From contig OZ281500.1 in the NCBI GenBank assembly GCA_965637545.1, positions 6,324,001 through 6,388,000 on the forward strand: a DNA stretch of 64,000 nucleotides, given 5' to 3'. The position numbers and the translations under genes are program-made. The notes beneath the pieces were generated by a model. It was not told the DNA's origin. It saw nothing but the letters and a program-made list of their open reading frames with translations, and did not search any database. Each line of letters begins with the position of its first letter. The first letter of the stretch is position 1. The stretch comes from Phallusia mammillata. Taxonomy: Eukaryota. Of this stretch, positions 49,901-61,854 are shown piece after piece.

Positions 49901-52900
49901 TCTCAATCTGGAAAATCAGGTGCTAAAGTTGTCAAAAAGAAGTCTTTTAGTGACCCAATCACCAAAGCTGTTGTCACAGCTGGAAAAATGGGAAAAGTGC
50001 AATCACCATCTCATGACAGTCAGGTCATGTACACGTCTTCCAGTGAGCCAAACCTATCAGAACAAACTGATGGTCTTGGTGAACTCAATGGATTTAAAAA
50101 GCTTCACGATCGTGGTTCAAGAACAGAACCTATGAAGAGTCCAGTTGGACATATTCCTAACCAAACAATGACTATCCCACCAGACCTCAAATCTCCTAGA
50201 ATGGTGGACGCACCACCATCAGACTCATCCAACAGATCCTCATTGGCAGAAAAATCTGATGGTATGGATCATGTGTTTGAGCACGAGGAAAAACAATTTC
50301 AGCAGGTGTTTGAAAGCATGACTTCACCAACCGAAACGAGCAGAAAGATGTCCATATCTCATGGTCGATCCTGCAGTGAGCCTGTGGATCTGGATAACAG
50401 TCTCATACAGATGTCTTCAAATCGAGTTCGAAGACCTGGAATTATACAAGCCCCATCCATGACTGATGTGACAATGAACAATTTAGGGTCCAACATGGTT
50501 AATGCCAAACAGTTTTCAAGTTCTGTGGATGGAATCCATTCTGCAACCCTTCCTCGTGCTGCAGGCAGCCGGGGTTTGGATTATCAGGTAATTAAATAGC
50601 TTTGAGATTTACATTTACAGTTTTTTTGTTTAATTGGTTTAATTAGGTATGCAAAAATAGAAAAATAAAACATTAAAAAGTAGTTCAAAATGCTAAATAA
50701 ATGCCAGAAGAGTCCCAATATTGTTTTTCAATTAATTTTGAGATGTTGCTTCATTTTTACTTAATATTTCATGTGCAAATTATGATACCATCATGGCATC
50801 TTAAACTAAAATTGTTGCTAACCTTTAGATGAACAGCATGTGTAAATAAGTTTTTTATCATTCTGGTTTGTTACATAGGACATGAGAAAGCATGTTGTGA
50901 AGAACTTATTGGACACTGAAGGTTCATATGTAAAGTCGTTGAGGATACTGTTTGAAGTAAGTAAATAATTGTATAAAACACGTTGCCAACACCAGGATTG
51001 TTTACTCAATGTTGGTCATATCATTGGCTTTAGGGTGATTGATAGGTCTTTCCTTACATGTTTTCCTGCTTTTTAGACGTACCTTACTCCGTTGAAGCGT
51101 CCAGAAAACCATAACATCTGTGAGCCGCGTCACGTGGATATAATATTTTTTCAAATTCCCGAAATCCTGCAACACCATCAAAGGTTCTATGCCAATGTGC
51201 GTGATTGCTATCAAAACTGGGACCCACAATACGTGAAAATGGGAGATGTGTTCCTTCAGTCGGTGAGTGTTGGTTATTTTTTGCCTACGAAAACGAACTA
51301 TGTACGTTGTGTTTGTCTGCGTTTTGGCTACAAGCAACTACATCAGCCAGAAAGATGACTTTTTTAGACAATAAACAGTAAGCAAAAACCCATCCACAAT
51401 GCTACTGTGTCTTAAATAATCTCGGTTTGACCACACTATTGTGCAACACAATTGGTAATTGTTACGTCGTAAGGTAGGCTAATCTTATGGAAGCAGGCTT
51501 TTTTGCACAAGGCTTTCTTCAGACTTGCTAGTCTTACATGTGTAAGCTGTAAGTATTTTTGATTTCCCTAGTGTTGAAAGACTGGTTTTGTTGGATTTTG
51601 TTAGTCCCATCGACATTATTGCGAAGATTGTGTAATCGTAAATCCTTGTGGGATGTGTTGCGTCGCCTGTTGTTTTCTCAATGTTTGCCAAAGTATCTTG
51701 TTCGTTCCCATAAATTTAAATGTGATAAAATTGGACTTTCTGGACTAAATTAAATCCGCATTGCAGCGACTGTGTTGTACGTTTGTTAATGTTTACCTAA
51801 AATCTTTACATATAGGCTTGCGAAATAGACCACGAAGCAGTTTCGCACAATAGTCAATATTTTAAGTTCAATTGGTCGAACCATACACAACGCAGCCTTT
51901 CACCTTTATAAATATCCCATCGACTAGCTACTTCATATTTTGCCAGTGTTTGTTCTGCTTGCTTACACAGTTGTTAACGATGCCGTAAACAGCACATCGT
52001 TATGGTCCAATTTGTGGAGTGTCGTCACTGTTGACTATTACAATACTGCACAATGCAAATTCATGTCGGTGCAAAGAGCAAGTGTTTGCGCGTGTTTTAG
52101 GTTGTTGCAGACCCGATTTCGAAACACTCGTAGCCTTTCCGTGTGCTCAAAGTTGCTTGAAGGGCCCTCAGGGTATGTTAGAAACGCTCGGCTGATCGCG
52201 GTTTAAATCTGCCCTTTGTTCCGTCTCTTGATCTGTTCGCTTGAACAGGGACAAAACAGGGGCAGCTGCCAGTTTGTTAATTTGCCATACTTATCTGAAG
52301 ATTTGCATGGGCTTTTACTCTGTTACACTTTCTTGACGCAGAATTTGACCTAAAGGCCACATTTTGCTTTTTTGTGGATATTCCTTTTCACATTGTGTTA
52401 AACCTAACCACAAAGAATAATTTTTGTTGGTTAAAGTTTTTAGCCCGTACGCCAGAACCCAGCATAAAAATGTTTGACAATAGCGGCTTAAGTAACATTC
52501 GATGTTGGTATCTTTTCGAAGAACCAGTGAGCGTTATCTTCAGAGTCACAAATTTTGCACAATAATATGACGTGATGCTTAACTTAATCGGTATGTGTAA
52601 CGTCAATCTGCAAAGTTTACGAATCAAGTGAGGAATTCAATTCTCGTATGTTTCTGGGAAAACGGTACAGGCCGTCGTCCTACCATGACAAAGAATAAGC
52701 GCCATTAAGCAAAAAACTAATGGGGTTTACTGAAAGTAGGCACACATGCCTCTGTTGTGGGGCCTGTTTGACAAACAGTTACGGTAACATCGAAAGGCGC
52801 GAGAGTTTTCTGCCGTAGTTGTTTTGTGCTCATACGGCATGACTCAACCAGGCAGGTGGAATTCCTCGCGTGCCACGGAGCATTCGAAAATATTTAAAGA

Positions 52901-55900
52901 CATGCCGTGCTATAAAGCGAGCATCACACCACTTGTGGCAATCAGGAAACGCTACATTCTAACCGCCATCGCCTGTAATTGACTCATCACTATTGTTCAA
53001 TGCGTCGAAGGGTTACCGCTTTCGTGTTGCGTACGAAATGGATTTTTGCCTTGTGCGAGGCTGCCATTGCTGAACTTTGCGAATCAACGAAGCGTATCGC
53101 CGCGTGTGACCAATAGCTTACAGGATTTACAAACATCGCCCTTCAAGCGAGCTTACAAGGCTTAACGTGCCTAAGGATTACCTCTGTTCTGGTCCTATAG
53201 GAATAGGCCTTTCCCGTTTCGAAGATCACTTGCGCTTGTTGCTAGCAATTAGAAAATGTCACCTCCCCAGGCGCACCGCGAACTACACTGTAGAGAAATT
53301 GATTACGAAGCGAAACATTTAAAAACCTCTGATGCGTGGGTTGTGAAACTGTAATTTAGAAACGGCAATTTAGAAAATAGATGTGGTGGATGTATGTGCT
53401 TTTCTGTTACAACGTTTTCCGCCAGCTGTAGTGAAGGCTGTAATCCGACTTAACGTCAAAATGTTTCTACTCCAGTAGTCTAAATCTATCCTGGGTTTCG
53501 CAAATTCCGGCGCTGGATAATTGATCCGTAATACCACCAGGCTATGGTCTAATTACCGTCACAAAATTACCATGTGCGAAACATTTTCCGCGGGCGTGGG
53601 GAAACGCGTAAAACCTTGTGGACTGCTATCATTTCGACTATGCCTCGTAAGGTTAAAGTGTTTAAGAACGGATATGGGCTTCGTGGCTGCGGAAACCGAA
53701 GCCTGCCGCAAGCACAGCAAACGCGTGATCGTGACGTTTCCTTAGCACCGACAGTTGTGTCTTCGCCGCAATCGATCAAATTCCAATTACCCGTATTCTA
53801 TTGGCAGCGGTGCGAAAAATCTGCTAAATACCATTTGCTATGCGTTGTGCTTTAAAACATGTCGGTACGCAGTTTGCCTTCCAGGGTGGGGTACAGCGTG
53901 GCAAATCCAGGGATCAGTTCCTTTATATAAAGTGTTGTAATGAAGCTTAACTGCGAAGTAACGCCGTCCGTCGTGCTCAGATCAATATTGACTTTTCGCC
54001 GTGAGAGCCATCGTCCTGGACCTCAGCAAAACGAGGGCAAACGTTTACATTCAACAGATATCTTTGTGTGTGTATCCAACGGGGCTAAGCGAGTTGCAGG
54101 CACGGGATCTGACTATAATCCAACCCGCCAGATCTGCAGCTCGTCGGCATCCACTTGTTGCTCGATTGACGTCAAACTTGCATTAACCTTGTCTCGTCTC
54201 TGTGTCTAGGTGACGTGCGCAGTGCATTAAAGAACGTCAAGTCTAAAATTGTGACCAAAAATGCACAGTTTTTGTTTTTCCCAGTTCTTCCTGCGCGCCA
54301 CCCTCGTTTCCACGTCAACTGTGACGTAAATAGGTCAATGTGTATCTTTGAGGGGCGGTGTGGGGTAAACTAGGAGGCATGAGATTTTTGTTCATAGATG
54401 CATTTAAATCTCATTTTAAGCCTCAAGCTTAGGAGAGTAGGTATTCGCATGGCATTTTACACTAAGCAGGCAGCAATGCTTGGTGTGCAACGCAAAATTT
54501 GCGCCTATTCGAGTCACGATATTCGAAAATCTCGCCACGAACAACATTGCTTTTGTAAACGATCGATGACCGCGATTTAGATGTGGTTGGAAAAACGTGA
54601 TGTGGCCTTAGCCTTTGACGCCCGCAGCTCGACTGTTGACCAAGGATCTTCCTTCAAGCAACGCGTGCCAGGCCTAATCCCTTATCGCTACCGACAACCA
54701 TTAAGTCGCCCATAGGATTTCTGTCAGGTGAAAGGATCGTCGACTGGTCGCCTGTCCACTACCCGCTTAACATTCCCGCAACTCGACGTCAGACCTCTTG
54801 TATCTGACCCAGTGGGATCACTTGGCTGTTGCAATGACAACCACAAATCCGCTTATTACCTATGGTGCTTCATAAATACCTAATGCGGGCGTGATTGGTA
54901 GCAAGTTAACTGCTACATGCGATCAGCTCTGTTATGTAAAAACATACCTGGCATTAGTAACTGTGTTCTTCTGTACCGCATTAAAATGGGCTATAAAGTT
55001 TGGTCTAATAAAACGTTGATATAGTCGTTACAATAGTTCACCATCAATATGACAATTAAAAAAATAGTTTACACCAAAACATGGAAAGAAAAACATTAAA
55101 TATTTTTGCCTTTACTAAAGTAAGCCCACCGTCGTGCTAGAATAGCGCATGGTGACAGTGATAGTAGTTTAAGTGGTAAGTAATCGTCTGCTATAAACTT
55201 TAACCTTTCCATTTCCCACCATAAACAGCTGCCACATCCGCTTGGGTGTCGTTATCGAATACCTTCGATTCTTAGGCCGTTTAGCACACTTTTTGTAGCT
55301 GGTAAGCTTTGTAAGTCCAAGGCGATTTTCTTACGATTTTACAAGTTGAGACTGTGTTGTTAAAAAAAAGAATAAAAACGATATTGATTTTGAGGTGCAT
55401 ACCAATCTACAAAGGTGGATAGTTTTGGTAGCTTTTTGTGGTCCCAGTCGATCATTCATTCATGTAAGACTGATCAATAGTCCGGAGCAAAGCGTACAGT
55501 ACGCACAGAGTCGATTGATTTTGGCGTCGTGATTCCGCAGCCAATATGCGTGGTGGAATTGTAAATAATTTATGCATGCCTGGACCAAAACGCCAGTAAT
55601 TGGGGATTCCCCTACCGATTGTTACGAAGCTTGATTCGAGAATCGAGATCATTGTTTTATTTAACTTACTGACACAAGGCTGCTAAGATAGTAGTTTTGT
55701 TCAGGTTATGATTTACCGTATACAGAGAGTTAATCTTTTTCGGGTGTGGTCGTCTTGCTACCTCCACTTGGTTTCACGGTATATACCAGGGGTGGCCAAC
55801 CCGCCGCTCGCGAGCCGCGTGCGGCTCTTCGCCTGGTTTCATGCGGCTCTTAAGTTGTTGTCGAAGTTTGGGGCCATTGTGTATATTTGGGTTAGTATGT

Positions 55901-58900
55901 GGCGATCTGGTACAAAAAACGTTAAATTTAAAGTAAAGCTTTAACAATTTTGCTTTTGAACAAACTTATTATCGGTATGGCCACAAACCTTGCCGTAAAA
56001 CTGCAACTTTATGTGGCAAATGGGTTGATTATGATGGCATATATTCAATTGTGAACAATGAATGATTGCTCACTGTTGCGTACAATGCGAATGAGACACA
56101 AAGCAACAGCAATATTTACAACAAATGTGTTCCAAAGTAAATAATGCTTCAATCCGTTGTTTTTCGGGTTATGACGAACGTTATATTTTATCGGTAGTTT
56201 GTCTTGGGTTTGAATTGAGCGATTGTTGGTGGTGAATACATTAATGACGTCGCAATGAATTTAGTTTCGCCACTTTGCACTTGGGGCACATGCGCGTTAG
56301 GTGTTTGGGGCGTGTGCGCGTTAGATTAAAATACCGCAAGTTTCTTTTAAATAAAGGGAAAATATTTTAAATAAATTTTTTTTGTCAAGTTAGCCTTCAA
56401 ATTGGCAGTGAAAAAAGATTTTAGCAATTTACCAGAAATGAATCCACCGCACGTTATATATATAGAATGAGAAAAAAGGGGTATTTTAATTCATACGTTT
56501 TTGTTTGATGGATTCGTTGAAATGAGAGTTTTGTGTGAGAGGCAGTGTTTTCACTGACCATTTATTGTTGAAAATGACTGGCCCGTGGTAGGTACAAGTC
56601 AAATTGTGTCATTATTATGTTGGTGTGCGACATTTAGAATAGATCTGGCTAAGCACAGGTCTCTGTGTGTGAGGAAGGGACGAGCCATTAAACATATGTG
56701 CTTATGTGTATAATGTGGCTCTTTGTGGTAACACAATAACAAATATGGCTCTTAGGCTTTGACCGGTTGGCCACCCCTGGTATATACGGTAACCAGTCAT
56801 CCCGCTGTGTTGTATTGTTAGACTGTACAGTGCCTTTGGCCTCGAGATACACTCTCCTGGCAGTTCACCGGCCTGCCTTAAAATCACAACTTAGCCATCG
56901 CGTCATTGCAGCTTTGTGTTGTGTTTACTTAGCGACGCTAATTCGGTTTAGCAAAGGCAGAAGGCTTGGACTTGCGTCCGGACTGTGGTGCTTCCCGCTC
57001 TGGAGGGCACGTCTGGTCTAGAAGTGTTTTGTTGTGACTGTGCCGTGGTCTTGCTGTGTATGCCAATTTATTGACACCTTTGGCAGCTCGTGGCATACTC
57101 CACTCCTGTTGGCAGCTTGTGGCATACCCCACAACAATTGCTCAAATTTAAGAAATGATGTTTTGGTTTAACCAGTCTTTGTATTTCAAGCAACTATGCT
57201 TAGCAATTAGCTATAATCTCCATCAATCTAGATTATAGACGTTTAAAATTGTAAGAGCATTTTTACGCTTTATCCTGGATTGACAAAACACTCACATAAT
57301 CACATTCATTGTATTGATCGGCTTTTAAAGTACATTTGCCCGCCCAGAGCCGCGTGGATTAATAGCCTTGCGTGGGGTGCCTAAAAAATCCACCATCGAT
57401 TATTGACAGACGCTTGTTCAGTATTACCTTTAACATAGCTGTCCAATTTTCAGCTAATCAAGGTTACGTCAGTTATTTATCATCAACACTTGTTTTTTAT
57501 GCTACTTTGCATCAAAGACGACGCTCTTTAGCGTTGTAACAAAGTTTTGTATGTCTATGAAGGTTTGCTTTGCGTGGCTGTGTTACAATTTGGTATATCT
57601 GGTTGTGCCGATTTTCTTCTTTTAATTTGTCAGCTCATAGCATGGACGTGGGTAATTTCAACATGTGCGTATTTGCCTTAGGCGTGCAGGAATCCGATAG
57701 GGGATAAGTCACAGATATTCGCGCGACCACCTGTGAGACGTCGACCCTGGTACTCGAAAGCCCTGTCTTGCAGCGTGCTTGTGCTTGATACGCGAAGTGT
57801 TGCCTGACGAGCGATATTGCACACGCGGCATATCTGTCAAAAATGCTTCAAACCAAGCGAAAAAGGTGTCAGTAGCCCATCGATCTTTGCCGTCTAGGTT
57901 AAAAAAATATAATACCTATTGGTCGAAATTGTATACCTCCCATGGCGCACGAAAGAGTGATCTATCCCTTACAGTAAATATTTTTGTCAATTGGGATTCA
58001 GTCGGATCTTTCTGTTAATTACTATTTGTTAATTATGTGTTATTTTACCCACAGCAGGCGTAAACGTCGCTCCTGTCCCAATGAAGTACGTTTAATTACC
58101 GTTTTGCCTGTATTGTATTCTTGTGTTAATTGTTTAGTCAGAGACTTCTGTTTCTGATAGGCTTAAATCAATCGTGATTATTAAGACTTTGCCATGCACC
58201 ACCCACGGCACTTTTACCAAGGGTCATGTGAAACTCTCGCGCTCAGCGATGCGCCTGAGCAGCGCCAGTGCGCCTGAGCAGTTAAGCACGCAAGTTCAAA
58301 GCAGTCAGTAATTTTCGCACGACGATCAGATGCTGCTGCCTACCCACTGGAAGTCGAGCCTGTGGCTTAACTCGCTGATCGCCGGCTTCCACTCTTCATC
58401 GCGTAACCTTAACTTGGCTAATTGAGACCCGCGCGTCAAAGGAACGAAATTGAGCCAACGCCTACATTGCTGCTCACTGCTGTGGGAATTACTGGTATTT
58501 TAATACATAATCTACATGTGAAAGTTGCTGCAAAAACGATAATAGTATATATTTTTCTGTTCTAAAATATCATTTTGTACCGGGTTGTACACAATTTAAA
58601 CCACGGCTGTGTTTTTTTCCACACATAACGCGACATGCGACATTGTAAGCGTGATGTATGAATCTTACGGGTGCGATATTGGACAATTCATGAACTCTTC
58701 CAGCCCATAGTTTAATTCTTAAGCTGTCCCGTGATGTGATTACCTTTGAACATAGACATAGACTCCTTGTGTACATTCCGACGACCTGGCCAAAGTTCAT
58801 TGACCCATAGGTGTATGTCAGGCCGTCCGTCAAACGTTTCAGGGCGGACCTTCGACATTCCATTACTGCTCCGAATGCCGCGCCGTCTATATGACAGATC

Positions 58901-61854
58901 ACTTGCCCCAGTCTATTGTGTTCACTGCTTTGACGTGTGGATCAATCCGCTTTTGCCTTGTCCGCTGGTCTGCGTTTGAGCTCTCTAGTCAGCCCCGATA
59001 AGACCTATTTATCTTTTACTGTGTAATTGCGCAGGTGCGTGTGCCCGTCGCTCGTATCACGACAAACAATACCAGTTCCATCTTTTAACCTTGATCGCAA
59101 ATCAGATTTCGCCTTCGATCCGGCGTTCGATCTTCGCGAAACAGCGGTTGACAATGCACACTATGGTAGATGCGGGGCCTAAACTCGTTATCTCCGATCT
59201 GTTTAATGCCCGGGCCTTACGTAAACAGACTCACCTTATCTGACGTAAGCGGATTAAAAGGAAAAATTGGGCAAAGGTGTGAACAGGTCAATGATAAATG
59301 TGAATCTGTGGGTTATTGAGCAAATTTGCAAATCGAATGTGTTGGGGTGTACTGGCTGTCAAACATGCTCCTTTCTACATTAGGATCTACCCAGTAATTT
59401 AATTTTCGCGTGTAAAATTTTCAACCGTAAATGCATTTATTCTAGTTTACCTAAATGTTTCTTGAATTAAAATGAACGGCTGTTGTCTAAAGGGGCAAAA
59501 CAAACGGAATGATTTTGTTGACTCTTTCCCTTATGGGTTAATCTCTCAGTTGATCACAGGTCCACTTCGGCCACCAATAAATCACGTTCAGTAAGGTCGG
59601 TGTGCTTGGATCAAAAGACCATTGCTGTCTGGAGTGCGACGGCGAAGTTTGTTTTTCGTGATTTGTGACTTTGTCCGATGACCTCGTTGAGTCTACTGTC
59701 TGTGTGTGCGACTGTCCTTTAAACGTTAAAAATCTGAAATGTGTTGAATAGGGAGTACTTTCGCCATGTTGTTGAATAGACACTACTTTCGTTACTCTGT
59801 TGAATAGGGATTCTTTCCCTTGCTCCACGGATCCCTATAGCTGGTAGAACTTAGTTTATGTCATTTGTCTGTTTTGTCGCATTGATTCAAGTGTTTACCT
59901 CGTAACTTTTTGCAATCAATCGTCTAAATCGGCTTTAAATATGCTACAAAGCTACAAAATGTAGTTTTTCCTCTTGGGTTTCGACATTTTAGCATGATTC
60001 ACAGTTTGCTAGTTTCACAAAGCATCTCAATTTACGGTTTGAATGATAAACACTGAATACCATGTAAGATTGGTAAATCGGTTTTCTGTTCCTTCTCGAA
60101 GAGAGCCAAACAATGTGACATCGGGAAGCAGACGAACGGAAGTACGTGTTAACCTTATCGCAAACAAAGTGTGTCTATTGTCGGACGCGCGACGGAACGG
60201 TAAACGCAGTGGCGATGACATTCCGACATGCAACAGTCGCCCTTCTAGTCGAGTTCGCTGACGTCACGCGGTGATGCTCGACACCCGCCTTATGCTTCGA
60301 ACTTCGGCATGCAAGCGATGCTCGAGTAACCTCCTTCTGCGTAAACAACGTTGCTGCGCGTCACTTCAACGGAGAAGGGAACTCCATGGGCTCGACACAC
60401 CCTTATTCGGACGCGGACGCCGTTGAATTAGACCAGTTGAATCAGGTTCGCCGACCTGGAGTGCTGTTTGTTTGGGGATGTTGGCCGCAGGGCACGGCCG
60501 TCGTCTCCGAGTCAACAATAACTCGTGCTCAGCCATGCGTAGGCGCGAGTACTAGGGCACTCTTGAGTGTTTGTCCGTCGCGACAGGCGTCGAAAATTAA
60601 GACACAGCTCTTCTGTTGCCATGGCACCTGTTTTAGGACGATAACGCCCCTCTATTTGCCTCCGGGGTTTTGCGCAAACACCGTTTTACGTGGAACCGCA
60701 TGCAAAAATGCGCGTATCTCCGAGGGGCGTGTTGTTTTGACCAAATCGCTATGAAGGGTATTTTTCGAGTGTGGCTGATTCGTAGTTATTTGTGTTTAAT
60801 ACGTTTCTTCAGATTGTTAAAGCACCATGCTAAACTGGTTAGTACATGTAGCTATGTCCCAAAGTTCTCTTGATTATGTGTATAATTTTTTGATGATTAA
60901 TGATGTTGTTGCTGACGTAGGCTGAACGAAATATGATTGTGCATATTGTTTGTCGATTAGATGGAATTGGCGCCGGAACACAGTCGCCGTACTTGATTTT
61001 ATGACCTCGAAAACACACACACATAACGCACTCCATGTATAAATTACGATTGATCAAGCCCATTCGCCGACTCACTAATGTAAGTCACGTCCCTCTCCGT
61101 GCACTCGCCAACTTTCGTTTCAGGGTCGGCTTTACATAGGAGGGTCTTAAAGCGATCTTATGACCAACGGAGCTTCTCGGGTTATGCTTAGATGAGCGGC
61201 TTTTTTGAAGACAGGCGACGATTAAGGGTTTTCCTACCAGTCACGAAGCCACGAATTCTTTCTTATCTGATACTGCCTGGATCTTATTTTTCTCGAGGTT
61301 TCAAAAGGCCATGAATTTTTGACTGATATCACGAAGTATCTTTGTTTGCGATCTGTTTGCAATTGTTGAAAACAGAAATTGCAAGTCATTTTAAGGCACG
61401 TTGCAAATTCCCCTTTGTTGCGGCCACGCAAATGTGTAAAATGTTGGATATATGCTTTAGATTTTAAATGCCCTTTGAACTTCCATTACACAACCTTTCC
61501 TCATGACAATGTATTTCAATCGCCCACTGTCCCATGTATATGTGCACTTTTGCCCAATCCGCATTTCCCCAATTGATTCTCGCACCGTTACAACATTGTG
61601 TTGCTTTTACGATTAAAACTTTTGTATTTTTTAAAAGAATATATAATAGTTGCCTTTTCCTCTTTGTGCCTGTGTATTTTTGTCCAATCACCAACTGTTT
61701 CTAACACAGTTTTTGACAAAAATGTTTTTCTTTTTAGTTTAACAAAGACAAGTTGGTGGAATCGTACACGAGTTACATCGATAACTTCAACAACTCCCGG
61801 GAAGCGGTATTGTATGCGACGCAAGCCAAGTCCGGATTCAAAGTCTTTCTTGAG
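46910..61854 (+). CDS. ARHGEF17: Rho guanine nucleotide exchange factor 17 (ARHGEF17/TEM4-like), 5' part; gene continues beyond the window
   Basis: Exon 46910-50587 (1226 codons, disordered S/P/Q-rich, donor CAG|gtaatt), then 50879-50956 (DMRKHVVKNLLDTEGSYVKSLRILFE), 51077-51262 (YLTPLKRPEN...IFFQIPEILQHHQRF...GDVFLQS) and 61738-61854 (FNKDKLVESYTSYIDNFNNSREAV...FKVFLE), all phase 0. The DH-domain start DMRKHV...LLDTE.SY and the giant first exon are typical of ARHGEF17 (recalled knowledge, not searched). Confidence 0.88.
55787..56779. mobile_element. Buster-type hAT non-autonomous element in ARHGEF17 intron 3
   Basis: Perfect TIRs CAGGGGTGGCCAACC/GGTTGGCCACCCCTG; perfect TSD GTATATAC; subterminal GCGGCTC repeats. 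Confidence 0.92.

Noticed and set aside
46910-50599. 1229-aa ORF as a stand-alone intronless gene, or a viral or transposon ORF
   Set aside because: No enzymatic motifs. A phase-0 donor at 50587 joins directly to the DH-domain exons, so it is ARHGEF17 exon 1.
51940-60873. Short ORFs (60-122 aa) in the large ARHGEF17 intron as a nested gene
   Set aside because: No recognisable domains, no consistent exon chain on either strand, and lengths expected by chance in GC-richer DNA.
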